DNA from: Bacteroidaceae bacterium
GTDB lineage: Bacteria > Bacteroidota > Bacteroidia > Bacteroidales > Bacteroidaceae
Assembly: GCA_017616915.1 (NCBI GenBank)
Contig: JAFZXF010000110.1
Span: 1-55,031 of the forward strand
Direction: 5' to 3'
Length of the DNA stretch: 55,031 bases
Numbering within the stretch: the stretch's first letter is position 1; each line of letters begins with the position of its first letter. Below the pieces are notes generated by a model, which was not told the DNA's origin, did no database searches, and saw nothing but the letters and a program-made list of their open reading frames with translations. The position numbers were made by a program, and so were the translations under genes. Below are positions 8,902-17,168 of the stretch, piece after piece.

Positions 8902-9519
8902 ATGGCAACTAAAATCAGATTACAGCGTCGCGGCCGTAAGAGCTATGCTTTCTACAGCATTGTAATTGCCGACGCTAATGCACCACGCGATGGTAGATTT
9001 ACTGAGAAGATTGGTACTTACAACCCCAACACCAATCCTGCCACAGTAGATTTGAATTTTGACCGTGCACTCTATTGGGTGGAGGTTGGCGCTCAGCCCA
9101 CCGACACAGTGCGCAACATTCTCTCCCGTGAGGGCGTCTATCTTATGAAGCACCTTCGTGGAGGCGTGAAGAAAGGCGCTTTTGATGAGGCCGCTGCACA
9201 GAGCAAGTTTGATGCTTGGAAGCAGGAGAAGACCGCCAAGCTCAACAAGATTTCTGCAGACGAGAAGGCCGCTAAGCGCGCCGATGTTAAGGCACGTCTT
9301 GAGGCAGAGAAGAAAGTTAATGACGCAATAGCTCAGAAGGTAGCCGAAAAGAAGGCTGCCATCGAGGCTGCCAAGGCCGAGGCACTTGCTGCAGCCGCTG
9401 CAGAAGCAGCAGAAGCTGCTGCCGCTCAGGAAGCTCCTATCGAGGCTCCCGAAGCTCCCGCCGAGGAGGCTACTGAAGCACCTGCTGAAGAGGCTACTGA
9501 GGCACCCGCCGAGGCATAA
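8902..9519 (+). CDS. rpsP: 30S ribosomal protein S16 with long Ala/Glu/Lys-rich C-terminal extension
   Basis: The N-terminal 85 aa ([46 protein letters not shown]...) are canonical S16. The tail contains a 24-bp tandem repeat at 9451-9516 encoding EAPAEEAT. Confidence 0.95.
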   Translation: MATKIRLQRRGRKSYAFYSIVIADANAPRDGRFTEKIGTYNPNTNPATVDLNFDRALYWVEVGAQPTDTVRNILSREGVYLMKHLRGGVKKGAFDEAAAQSKFDAWKQEKTAKLNKISADEKAAKRADVKARLEAEKKVNDAIAQKVAEKKAAIEAAKAEALAAAAAEAAEAAAAQEAPIEAPEAPAEEATEAPAEEATEAPAEA

Positions 9520-9537
9520 AGCCTGCACCATTTCACA

Positions 9538-9577
9538 AAAGAGGAGGAAAACAAATCGGTTTTCCTCCTCTTTTTTA
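9538..9577 (+). terminator. Rho-independent terminator of rpsP
   Basis: Perfect 12-bp stem: GAGGAGGAAAAC (9541-52) pairs with GTTTTCCTCCTC (9559-70). The loop is 6 nt and a T6 tract follows. Confidence 0.85.
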
Positions 9578-9603
9578 TGATGCCTAAAATGTCGGGAAAG
9601 GCA

Positions 9604-11118
9604 CTATTTTCTACGTAACACACGTTTCGCAACCGTCTTAAGAGAGCGAACAGCATTATGCCGATAATAGCGAACCGCCATTGGAAGTCGCTGCATGAAA
9701 GGCAGAGGTGGTTGGCGAAGAGAATAGCCATTGTAACGGCTGTCGTAAGGCACACGAAGGAAGCTTTGAGACTGAGCATTATCTGTTAAAGCTTGGCGCA
9801 TAATCTTTTTCTCATGTATCTTATGGAATCGCTCTTTTTCGTCAAAGCTCATCAAGGTACTCATAAAAAGGCGGCAATTGCACATCTGCACAGAGGTAAT
9901 TCCATCCATCATATCATATGCCTGCTCAAGCGAAGAAAGCCAACAACCCTCACGCTGATCCCAGAAAAGGCGCGTCCAACTATTGATATCCTGATTGTAT
10001 GGATCATCAGCCACCAGCTGTCGCCAATACTCAATCGATTGATGGATAGGCTCACATTGCAACGCATAAGGATAGAGACGATAGATATCAAGCGGATCAG
10101 TGTGATGGCGATAATGATCATCGGTGCACTCCCAGATACTGTTGCGAAGCAGCAATACAGGCTTGCCCTCAACCTGCTCAGACAACTGTCTATACTGACC
10201 ATAAGCCCAGAAATTGCGGTCTTGATCTACGGCATAACCACCACTGTGAGTGGTGTAGTCATCATATAACCTTTGACTCAGTTCAGAACGCATAACCAGC
10301 TTATGACTGCGCCCGAAGAGCCGCGCAAGATAGGGTGGAATATCGCAGTCGCCCGTCGTGATGCGAGGATGCCAAGCAGTAAAGGTAATGTAGTCGAGAC
10401 CGGAAGCCTCGAGCAAGCTCATAGCTACACGGGAATCAACACCACCAGTCAGTGCAAGGCAAAGCACATAATCTGGGAAATGGCTGCGCATGTTTCGCAG
10501 CGATGTCGTAAAAATGTTAATAAAGAAGTCGAGCTGAGCCTTCTCAGACGGAAACTGCCGCACTCCGAATGGAAGGAGCGGACGAGGCTGCGGGGCGAAC
10601 TTCAGGGACTGAGTATCTGAAATAGCAAGCTTAAGCACCTGACTCGGCAACAAACGGAAGATGCCATCATAACCAGTCAAAGGTCCAGGCATAAAATTGG
10701 GAGAAACGCCATACTTGATGTCTGGATTTACCACATCTCGTCCTTCGGCGTGACACAAAACACGGATACTACTTGAAATACTCGTGGAGGAGTAAAAAAC
10801 TCCCATCATACCACAATTATCAAGCAACAGTAAATCGTTATAGATAAGGATATAACGCCCACACCAAGACTGTTCCATATCATAGATTTGCTCCAGACTC
10901 TTGTCGCCACCATCTGACTTCACAAGTTCTGACGGAGACAACGCATCGGGCAACACCTGCCACGCATGGCCGAGTAAAAGAACACTACACTCCTCGTTGT
11001 GACAAACGCGGAGCTGCTGGTGATAAGACAAAACAAGGCCGCACTGGAGCGATATGCTCTTCCAGCCTTCACGCCCCAGTGGTTGTCGACGAATAATAAA
11101 CTGCCTATCGTCAATCAT
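9604..11118 (-). CDS. Hypothetical PP-loop ATP-pyrophosphatase-like protein (asparagine-synthetase-B-like C-domain), function unknown
   Basis: 504 aa. The segment LCLALTGGVDSRVAMSLLEASG resembles the SGGxDS PP-loop of AsnB/adenine-nucleotide alpha-hydrolases. There is no Cys2 glutaminase nucleophile (the N-terminus is MIDDRQ). Confidence 0.5.
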   Translation of the reverse strand: MIDDRQFIIRRQPLGREGWKSISLQCGLVLSYHQQLRVCHNEECSVLLLGHAWQVLPDALSPSELVKSDGGDKSLEQIYDMEQSWCGRYILIYNDLLLLDNCGMMGVFYSSTSISSSIRVLCHAEGRDVVNPDIKYGVSPNFMPGPLTGYDGIFRLLPSQVLKLAISDTQSLKFAPQPRPLLPFGVRQFPSEKAQLDFFINIFTTSLRNMRSHFPDYVLCLALTGGVDSRVAMSLLEASGLDYITFTAWHPRITTGDCDIPPYLARLFGRSHKLVMRSELSQRLYDDYTTHSGGYAVDQDRNFWAYGQYRQLSEQVEGKPVLLLRNSIWECTDDHYRHHTDPLDIYRLYPYALQCEPIHQSIEYWRQLVADDPYNQDINSWTRLFWDQREGCWLSSLEQAYDMMDGITSVQMCNCRLFMSTLMSFDEKERFHKIHEKKIMRQALTDNAQSQSFLRVPYDSRYNGYSLRQPPLPFMQRLPMAVRYYRHNAVRSLKTVAKRVLRRK

Positions 11119-11124
11119 TGCTGG

Positions 11125-11535
11125 CTAATACTTCCTGAAAGTTAGTCGCACATCATCGGTGCGCAGAATGAGTGCCTGCTTGGTGAGACGCTCGATAGCG
11201 AACTTGCCGTCAGCAGGTACGCCGTATTTGGCCAACTCATCGTAGCCTACGATGTCATCCTTCGGACCATGATAAACGGTGCCGATAAAGAGACTGTCGC
11301 TTGTACGGCGGAAACGAGCAAGATATTGGTCTTTACCATTAAAAGCCATGAGGTCAAGTTGAACGCTATAGTATATGCCGTCGTGCTTGTCAGCCACAAT
11401 CTGACCGTCAGCAAGATTCTTCCACTCGGTGAGTTGCCACATACCGGCAAAATCGCCGTTGGTCTCCAATTTGTCACAGCCGATAAAACAAAACAGCGGA
11501 CAGAGTATCAAAATATAGAGGATAAGCTTTTTCAT
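11125..11535 (-). CDS. Lipocalin-like domain lipoprotein
   Basis: 136 aa with a lipobox (LFCFIGC), followed by a GDFAGMWQLTEW motif typical of Bacteroidetes lipocalin-like (Lipocalin_4) proteins. Confidence 0.6.
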   Translation of the reverse strand: MKKLILYILILCPLFCFIGCDKLETNGDFAGMWQLTEWKNLADGQIVADKHDGIYYSVQLDLMAFNGKDQYLARFRRTSDSLFIGTVYHGPKDDIVGYDELAKYGVPADGKFAIERLTKQALILRTDDVRLTFRKY

Positions 11536-11574
11536 ACTTTATATATAATGTCGTTAGGGATTACTTATGATTCT

Positions 11575-13044
11575 CTACTTTTTTGTGAAAAGACCATTAT
11601 AGGCCAGCGTGAACTGGACACCATTGCTATTACCGAGTAATTCTCCACCATTGTGGCCATACGCCATAGCGAAACTTAGTCCTTTGAAGCAGCGAGGCTT
11701 GAGAGTAGCCTCGGCGAAAATAGTCCAGCCGGTTTGCGGATCAGTGAGAGGTGCACCGTATGTTCCCCAACTCTTTTGGTCGCTATAAAGCAAGCGATAA
11801 CTAATCCCGTCAGCGGGTTGTCCTGCAATACCAAGATGATGAGAAATCAAACGATTATGGCGGATAGATATGCTGCCCGGATAATAGATGGGCGAGATTA
11901 CCAGTCCGCAGCCATTCATAAAGCCCGCGTGCTGCCACGCTCCATAAAGGCCATGACCCCAATAACCATCCTTGGCACTAATCTGGTCAGGGATATTGGG
12001 AGTATGGTCATGGTAGATAGGCCCACTTTCATGCTTAGTATAGAGATACTCGAAAACCACATCCGAAACTATAGGATTATTAGGAAGATTAAGTTCAAGT
12101 CCCCAGAGCATATCCTTCCATCCATATTGCCAGAAGCACTGGCTGTGGTCATCAAACACATGCTCGGCATAACCGCGAGCTCCCCATCCTTTGCCTTTGT
12201 AATCGAGGCTAAAATGCCAAGAGCCGATCACGTTGCCCATCTCATTGGAGTAAATTCCATCAGTTGGATCATCACCGCTAAGCACAAGGACATTCCAAAA
12301 AGCCCCGAGGTCGGACTTCAGATGCAGCTTTTCATTAGTTCCCTTACGGTATCGCGTTCCTCCAAACTGTGTATTCATCTCCAAGCCACCTGTGAATGTG
12401 AGAGGAAATTTCTCCTCATTACCAATGCGCAACCAACCTGCCTTAGTATGGTAGAGAGAGTTCTTAGTATATGAATTATTGATGTCAACAAAATCCTGCT
12501 GCCAACCATTGTCAGTAAAGAAGCCATAACCAAGGCGTGCTTTCAGTCCGAGCCAACCATGTGTACCCGGTATGTCCCAGAAATCAGGCAGCTCCACACG
12601 CAATTGCGGTATAGGACGAGAATTGATACCACTAGTCAAACCACCAGCACTGAGCGCTTGATTACGTAATTCAGAAGGGCGCTCTTTCGCTCCCACCGAT
12701 AGGCGGAGCTTCTTATATTGTATATCAAGGTATGCCTGCTGCACCACAAAGCGAGAATCGTGGCTTTGTATTACAGGAGCGAACTCAAGGCCATAACCGG
12801 TCTGCCATTTGCGTCCTGCGTCACCCGACTGACTGCGGCTTACGCCAAGGCGCATAGCTCCCCATCGCGGGTTGACAGAGGCCACACCATATCGGTTGTT
12901 ACTCATCCAGTAGGGCGAATAATCACCGTGACTGAGAGTTGCGGTTAGCTCTGCGTGAAGCTGCAAAGTGTCGGTAAGGCGTGAGAGCTGTCCACTCGCA
13001 CCTACAGCTACAACCATTGCAACGATAAAGAGAATTTTCTTCAT
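11575..13044 (-). CDS. Outer-membrane beta-barrel protein, capsule-assembly Wzi-like
   Basis: 489 aa with a signal peptide. It is rich in alternating aromatic/Gly beta-strand patterns and ends in an aromatic residue context (LAYNGLFTKK). The N-terminal GDYSPYWMSNNRYGV resembles the Wzi family. This is a family-level call by eye only. Confidence 0.5.
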   Translation of the reverse strand: MKKILFIVAMVVAVGASGQLSRLTDTLQLHAELTATLSHGDYSPYWMSNNRYGVASVNPRWGAMRLGVSRSQSGDAGRKWQTGYGLEFAPVIQSHDSRFVVQQAYLDIQYKKLRLSVGAKERPSELRNQALSAGGLTSGINSRPIPQLRVELPDFWDIPGTHGWLGLKARLGYGFFTDNGWQQDFVDINNSYTKNSLYHTKAGWLRIGNEEKFPLTFTGGLEMNTQFGGTRYRKGTNEKLHLKSDLGAFWNVLVLSGDDPTDGIYSNEMGNVIGSWHFSLDYKGKGWGARGYAEHVFDDHSQCFWQYGWKDMLWGLELNLPNNPIVSDVVFEYLYTKHESGPIYHDHTPNIPDQISAKDGYWGHGLYGAWQHAGFMNGCGLVISPIYYPGSISIRHNRLISHHLGIAGQPADGISYRLLYSDQKSWGTYGAPLTDPQTGWTIFAEATLKPRCFKGLSFAMAYGHNGGELLGNSNGVQFTLAYNGLFTKK

Positions 13045-13066
13045 ATTCTTTTTTATTTAGAGTCTT

Positions 13067-14338
13067 TTAGGAGCAATTAGAATCACTGATATCTTCTTCC
13101 AAAGGATAGAGGAAATCATTATAAGGGAAACGCTGGACATGAAGTTGCCGCACACGTTGATAGAGTAGCTGACGAAACTCATCGATACCCTGACGAGTAA
13201 GTGCAGAGAGGAACACGCAGTCGTTACCGAGCTTAGCAAGCCACGACTGTTGCAGCTCTTGCATAGTCATATTCTCTCGGGTGGCTGGAGTAAGGTCAAA
13301 CTCATCTTTCTCCACAAAAGTGTAAGCATCTATCTTATTAAAGATAATAAGGGTAGGCTTCTCGGCACAACCCAAGTCTGCCAGAGTTTTGTTGACCACG
13401 CTAATCTGTTCCTCAAAATCGGGGTGACTCACATCCACAACATGCAGCAGCAAGTCAGCCTCGCGCACCTCGTCAAGAGTTGACTTAAACGAATCCACAA
13501 GGTCGGTAGGAAGCTTTCGGATAAAGCCCACAGTGTCGCTAAGCAAGAAGGGCAAATTTTGCACAGTCACTTTACGCACTGTGGTGTCAAGTGTGGCAAA
13601 GAGTTTGTTTTCGGCAAACACCTCGCTTTTAGCCATCAGATTCATCAATGTCGATTTGCCCACATTGGTATAGCCCACCAAAGCTACCCTGATAAGGCGC
13701 CCGCGATTCTGACGTTGGGTAGTCTTCTGCTTGTCAATCTCGGCAAGGCGTTTTTTGAGCAATGACATGCGGTTGAGGATGATACGACGGTCCATCTCCA
13801 GCTGTGTCTCGCCGGGACCACGTAATCCCACCGAGCCCTTGCCGCCACCTGAGCCGCTACCGCCACCTTGTCGCTCAAGGTGAGTCCACAGTCTGCTTAG
13901 ACGAGGTAGCATATATCGATACTGAGCCAACTCCACTTGTGTCTTAGCATTGGCCGTCTGGGCTCGCATAGCAAAGATGTCCAAGATGAGAGTGGTGCGG
14001 TCAAGTATCTTAATTTTCAGCACCTTCTCGATATTGCGCAATTGCCGCGCAGATAGTTCGTCATCAAAAATCACCATTCCCACCTCGCGTTCGGCCTCTG
14101 CCTCCGCCTCAATATAGCGGCGGATTTCCTCCAGTTTACCAGCACCCACATAAGTGGTAGTGTTGGGGCCCTCGGCACGCTGGGTAAAGCGCTTGACGGC
14201 ATGAGCTCCAGCAGTCTCGGCCAAGAACTCCAGTTCGTCGAGGTATTCTGCTGTCTTACGCTCGTCTTGCTGCGATGTGACGATAGCCACAAGTACAGCA
14301 TTCTCTGTCTGAGCCTCAGATATTACAAATTCCTTCAC
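13067..14338 (-). CDS. hflX: GTPase HflX
   Basis: 423 aa with the HflX N-domain, then G1 GYTNVGKSTLMN, G3 DTVGF and G4 NKID. Confidence 0.92.
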   Translation of the reverse strand: MKEFVISEAQTENAVLVAIVTSQQDERKTAEYLDELEFLAETAGAHAVKRFTQRAEGPNTTTYVGAGKLEEIRRYIEAEAEAEREVGMVIFDDELSARQLRNIEKVLKIKILDRTTLILDIFAMRAQTANAKTQVELAQYRYMLPRLSRLWTHLERQGGGSGSGGGKGSVGLRGPGETQLEMDRRIILNRMSLLKKRLAEIDKQKTTQRQNRGRLIRVALVGYTNVGKSTLMNLMAKSEVFAENKLFATLDTTVRKVTVQNLPFLLSDTVGFIRKLPTDLVDSFKSTLDEVREADLLLHVVDVSHPDFEEQISVVNKTLADLGCAEKPTLIIFNKIDAYTFVEKDEFDLTPATRENMTMQELQQSWLAKLGNDCVFLSALTRQGIDEFRQLLYQRVRQLHVQRFPYNDFLYPLEEDISDSNCS

Positions 14339-14368
14339 GCAATAAGGTGTAAGTGATAAGCGAACAAA

Positions 14369-15232
14369 TTACTTCACCTGAATTACCAGATAGCGGCTCA
14401 CACTCCAGAAGGTTGAAGGATTGGTGATATGGAGAGTGTAAGTCTTGTCCTCGTTTTTCTCGAGCGTATAGCTGCCCTTAGGATGAGTGGTCAGAATCTT
14501 AGCCGACTTGGAACCAAGTGGTATGGTGCGGAGATCGCGAATATCAATCTCGGTAAAGTAACTGCTGTTAAAGTCACTCTTTGTAAGCACTTCGCCACTC
14601 TTGAGGATATTGTGATCCTTGAGCTCACGCTTAGTACCAAAGATATACCATGCCTTGTTGAGGTTTCTGTCCTGCTGGCTGATAGTACGTGACTTAGCCT
14701 CATTTTCTTCATTAAGTCTTGCCTTGTCGCGTGAGAGTCTATCCTTGTCAGAGTTGAGCCCGGAAATTTGCTCAGCCTGCTGCTTGATAGTAAGGTCACG
14801 GTCAGCCAATTCTGCTGTAAGCCTTTGTATCTGCATCGACTTGTCATTGAGCTGGGACTGCAGCGAGGTGATAGTAGCCTTAAGGCTCTGCGCATTGATA
14901 TTGCTGTTCTTGAGCTCTTTCTCCAGCTGAGTGATACGTTCCTGATTCAGCTCCATAGTGCGCTGTATGAAGGCCATCTGCTCACGGATGTCGTTGGCAG
15001 CAGAAGCTTCATTGCCCATGCCCTTGAGTTCGTTGATGCGGCCTTGTGCCTCAGTGATTTGGCGCAAGCCGTCCTGGATGTCATTTACAGTGCCGAGAAG
15101 ATTGTTGATTTCGGCATCTTTCTGATTAAGGATGCGATTCACGGAGTCACCATCCACCAGATTCTCTTTCTTGCCTTCGCCGCATGAGATGATAAGAGCG
15201 GCAGCAAATGTCATGAGTAAAAGCTTTTTCAT
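14369..15232 (-). CDS. Coiled-coil lipoprotein, function unknown
   Basis: 287 aa with a lipobox (LIISCG). A long heptad-like Gln/Leu/Glu-rich region (about residues 30-190) is followed by a small C-terminal beta domain. Confidence 0.6.
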   Translation of the reverse strand: MKKLLLMTFAAALIISCGEGKKENLVDGDSVNRILNQKDAEINNLLGTVNDIQDGLRQITEAQGRINELKGMGNEASAANDIREQMAFIQRTMELNQERITQLEKELKNSNINAQSLKATITSLQSQLNDKSMQIQRLTAELADRDLTIKQQAEQISGLNSDKDRLSRDKARLNEENEAKSRTISQQDRNLNKAWYIFGTKRELKDHNILKSGEVLTKSDFNSSYFTEIDIRDLRTIPLGSKSAKILTTHPKGSYTLEKNEDKTYTLHITNPSTFWSVSRYLVIQVK

Positions 15233-15280
15233 TTTAATCTATTTTAAGGTCAATTATTCGTTTAGGATAGTTAATGGTTG

Positions 15281-15946
15281 TTATGGATGTGGACCAATTA
15301 CAATTACAAACTCGCCTCGAGGTTCATTGGCTTGGAAGTGAGCTATCGCGTCACTCAGGGTGCCACGCACAGCCTCTTCATGTATCTTGCTTATTTCGCG
15401 GCACACAGCTACTAGGCGTTCAGGCCCCATAACTTCAGCCAGCTGCATGAGCGTCTTCAGCACCCGATAGGGGCTTTCGTATATCACCACTGTGCGCTCC
15501 TCGGCGGCAATCTGCTGCAGGCGGGTCTGGCGTCCTTTCTTCTGAGGCAAGAAGCCCTCAAACACAAATTTGTCGCAAGGCAAACCGCTCATCACCAACG
15601 CAGGCACTAAGGCCGTAGCACCGGGCAGGCACTGTACTTCCACACCTTCCTTCACGCACTCTCGAGCCAATAGGAAGCCCGGATCGCTAATTCCCGGAGT
15701 ACCGGCATCACTCACCAATGCCATAGTCTCGCCCCCCTTCAAACGCTCCACCAACGGCAGTACCGCCTTATGCTCGTTAAATTTATGATAACTCTGCATA
15801 GGAGTGTGGATATCGTAGTGGCGGAGCAGGACGCTCGATGTGCGGGTGTCCTCTGCGAGGATAAGGTCAGCCTCCTTCAGGATGCGCAAGGCACGAAGCG
15901 TGATATCCTCCAGATTTCCTACCGGTGTGGGTACTACATACAACAT
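15281..15946 (-). CDS. rsmI: 16S rRNA (cytidine1402-2'-O)-methyltransferase
   Basis: The sequence from M34 of the track ORF (MLYVVPTPVGNLEDITLRALRILKEADLILAEDTRTSSVLL) is the canonical RsmI N-terminus. I rejected the Phe-rich upstream extension to 16045. Confidence 0.9.
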   Translation of the reverse strand: MLYVVPTPVGNLEDITLRALRILKEADLILAEDTRTSSVLLRHYDIHTPMQSYHKFNEHKAVLPLVERLKGGETMALVSDAGTPGISDPGFLLARECVKEGVEVQCLPGATALVPALVMSGLPCDKFVFEGFLPQKKGRQTRLQQIAAEERTVVIYESPYRVLKTLMQLAEVMGPERLVAVCREISKIHEEAVRGTLSDAIAHFQANEPRGEFVIVIGPHP

Positions 15947-16045
15947 AGAAATGCAAAGGTAGTAAAAAAACGGGAAAAGCGAAAAGAGAAAAGTGAAAAA
16001 TAAGAAATGACAAGTAAAAAGTGCTGATAAATCAAATAAAAACAC

Positions 16046-16053
16046 TAATTTTG
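16046..16053 (+). promoter_or_regulatory. Candidate -7 box TAATTTTG upstream of the AI-2E transporter gene
   Basis: Matches TAnnTTTG. The 17-mer AAAAACACTAATTTTGC is repeated at 42172-42188 upstream of corA. Confidence 0.45.
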
Positions 16054-16102
16054 CAGCGTAAAGTCATTTCGCAATTGCACAATTTCACGATTTCACAAAA
16101 TA

Positions 16103-17161
16103 ATGAAGCCTATTACATTCGATTCGTTCATCCGCGGTGGATTGGTAGTATTGTCCATTGTGCTCATAGTATTGACCATCGACTACCTGAGCGTAGTGCT
16201 CGTTCCTTTCTTCGTAGCCTGGTTCCTGGCCTACCTCGTCAACCCCGTTGTTGATTTCTTCCAGCATAAGCTGAAGTTCAAGTTCCGCGTTCTGGCCATC
16301 CTGGCGACACTACTGCTTATCGGTGGCATAATTACGGGCATAGTGCTACTGGTGATGCCGTCTGTAGCCGAGGATTTTCAACGCTTCGTGAAGATCGTTG
16401 ACAATTACCTCAAGCATAAGTCCTACGACAATCAGATTGAGCATTTCCTGGCGAGCTATTTCAACCAGTTCAACATAAGCAAGCTACTTCATGACGGCCA
16501 GTTTGTTGACCTTGTCAAGACCGTCATGCCCCGCATGATTTCATTCCTCCAGCACACCGCCGGCATTATTGTGAGCATCTTCTCATGGGGTATTGCCGTG
16601 CTGTATTTCTTCTTTATCCTTTACGATTACGACCGTATCTCGCAAGGCTTCCACAAGATGGTGCCGCGCCGCTATGCCCGTTTCACTGCTCAGCTGCTGG
16701 GTGACCTTGAGCGAGGCATGAACGCATACTTCCGCGGCCAGTTCCTGATAGCCCTGTGTGTTGGCATACTGTTCTGCATCGGCTTCACTATCATTGATTT
16801 CCCCCTCGCCATACCGATGGGCTTGCTCATCGGAGCCCTCAGCTTCATCCCTTACCTTCACGCATTGGGCCTCATCCCTGCCCTGCTGCTCTGCATCCTC
16901 AAGAGTGCCGAGACAGGTCAGAATTTCTGGATTGTGGCCGGAGGTTGCGCCGCCGTGTTTATAGTGGTGCAGGTGATAGAGGACGCCGTGCTCACCCCGC
17001 GCATCATGGGTAAGGCAATCGGCTTGCCGCCCTACCTCATCCTGCTGAGTCTGAGTGTATGGGGATATCTGTTGGGTATTATCGGCATGATTATAGCCCT
17101 GCCTGTCACCACCCTGATTTGTTCTTATTACAAACGGTATATAGCCAAAACCGAAGACTAG
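16103..17161 (+). CDS. AI-2E family transporter (PerM/YhhT, UPF0118)
   Basis: 352 aa with about 8 TM helices in the typical AI-2E layout, and a conserved C-terminal VIEDAVLTPRIMGK motif. Confidence 0.85.
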   Translation: MKPITFDSFIRGGLVVLSIVLIVLTIDYLSVVLVPFFVAWFLAYLVNPVVDFFQHKLKFKFRVLAILATLLLIGGIITGIVLLVMPSVAEDFQRFVKIVDNYLKHKSYDNQIEHFLASYFNQFNISKLLHDGQFVDLVKTVMPRMISFLQHTAGIIVSIFSWGIAVLYFFFILYDYDRISQGFHKMVPRRYARFTAQLLGDLERGMNAYFRGQFLIALCVGILFCIGFTIIDFPLAIPMGLLIGALSFIPYLHALGLIPALLLCILKSAETGQNFWIVAGGCAAVFIVVQVIEDAVLTPRIMGKAIGLPPYLILLSLSVWGYLLGIIGMIIALPVTTLICSYYKRYIAKTED

Positions 17162-17168
17162 CTTTCCT

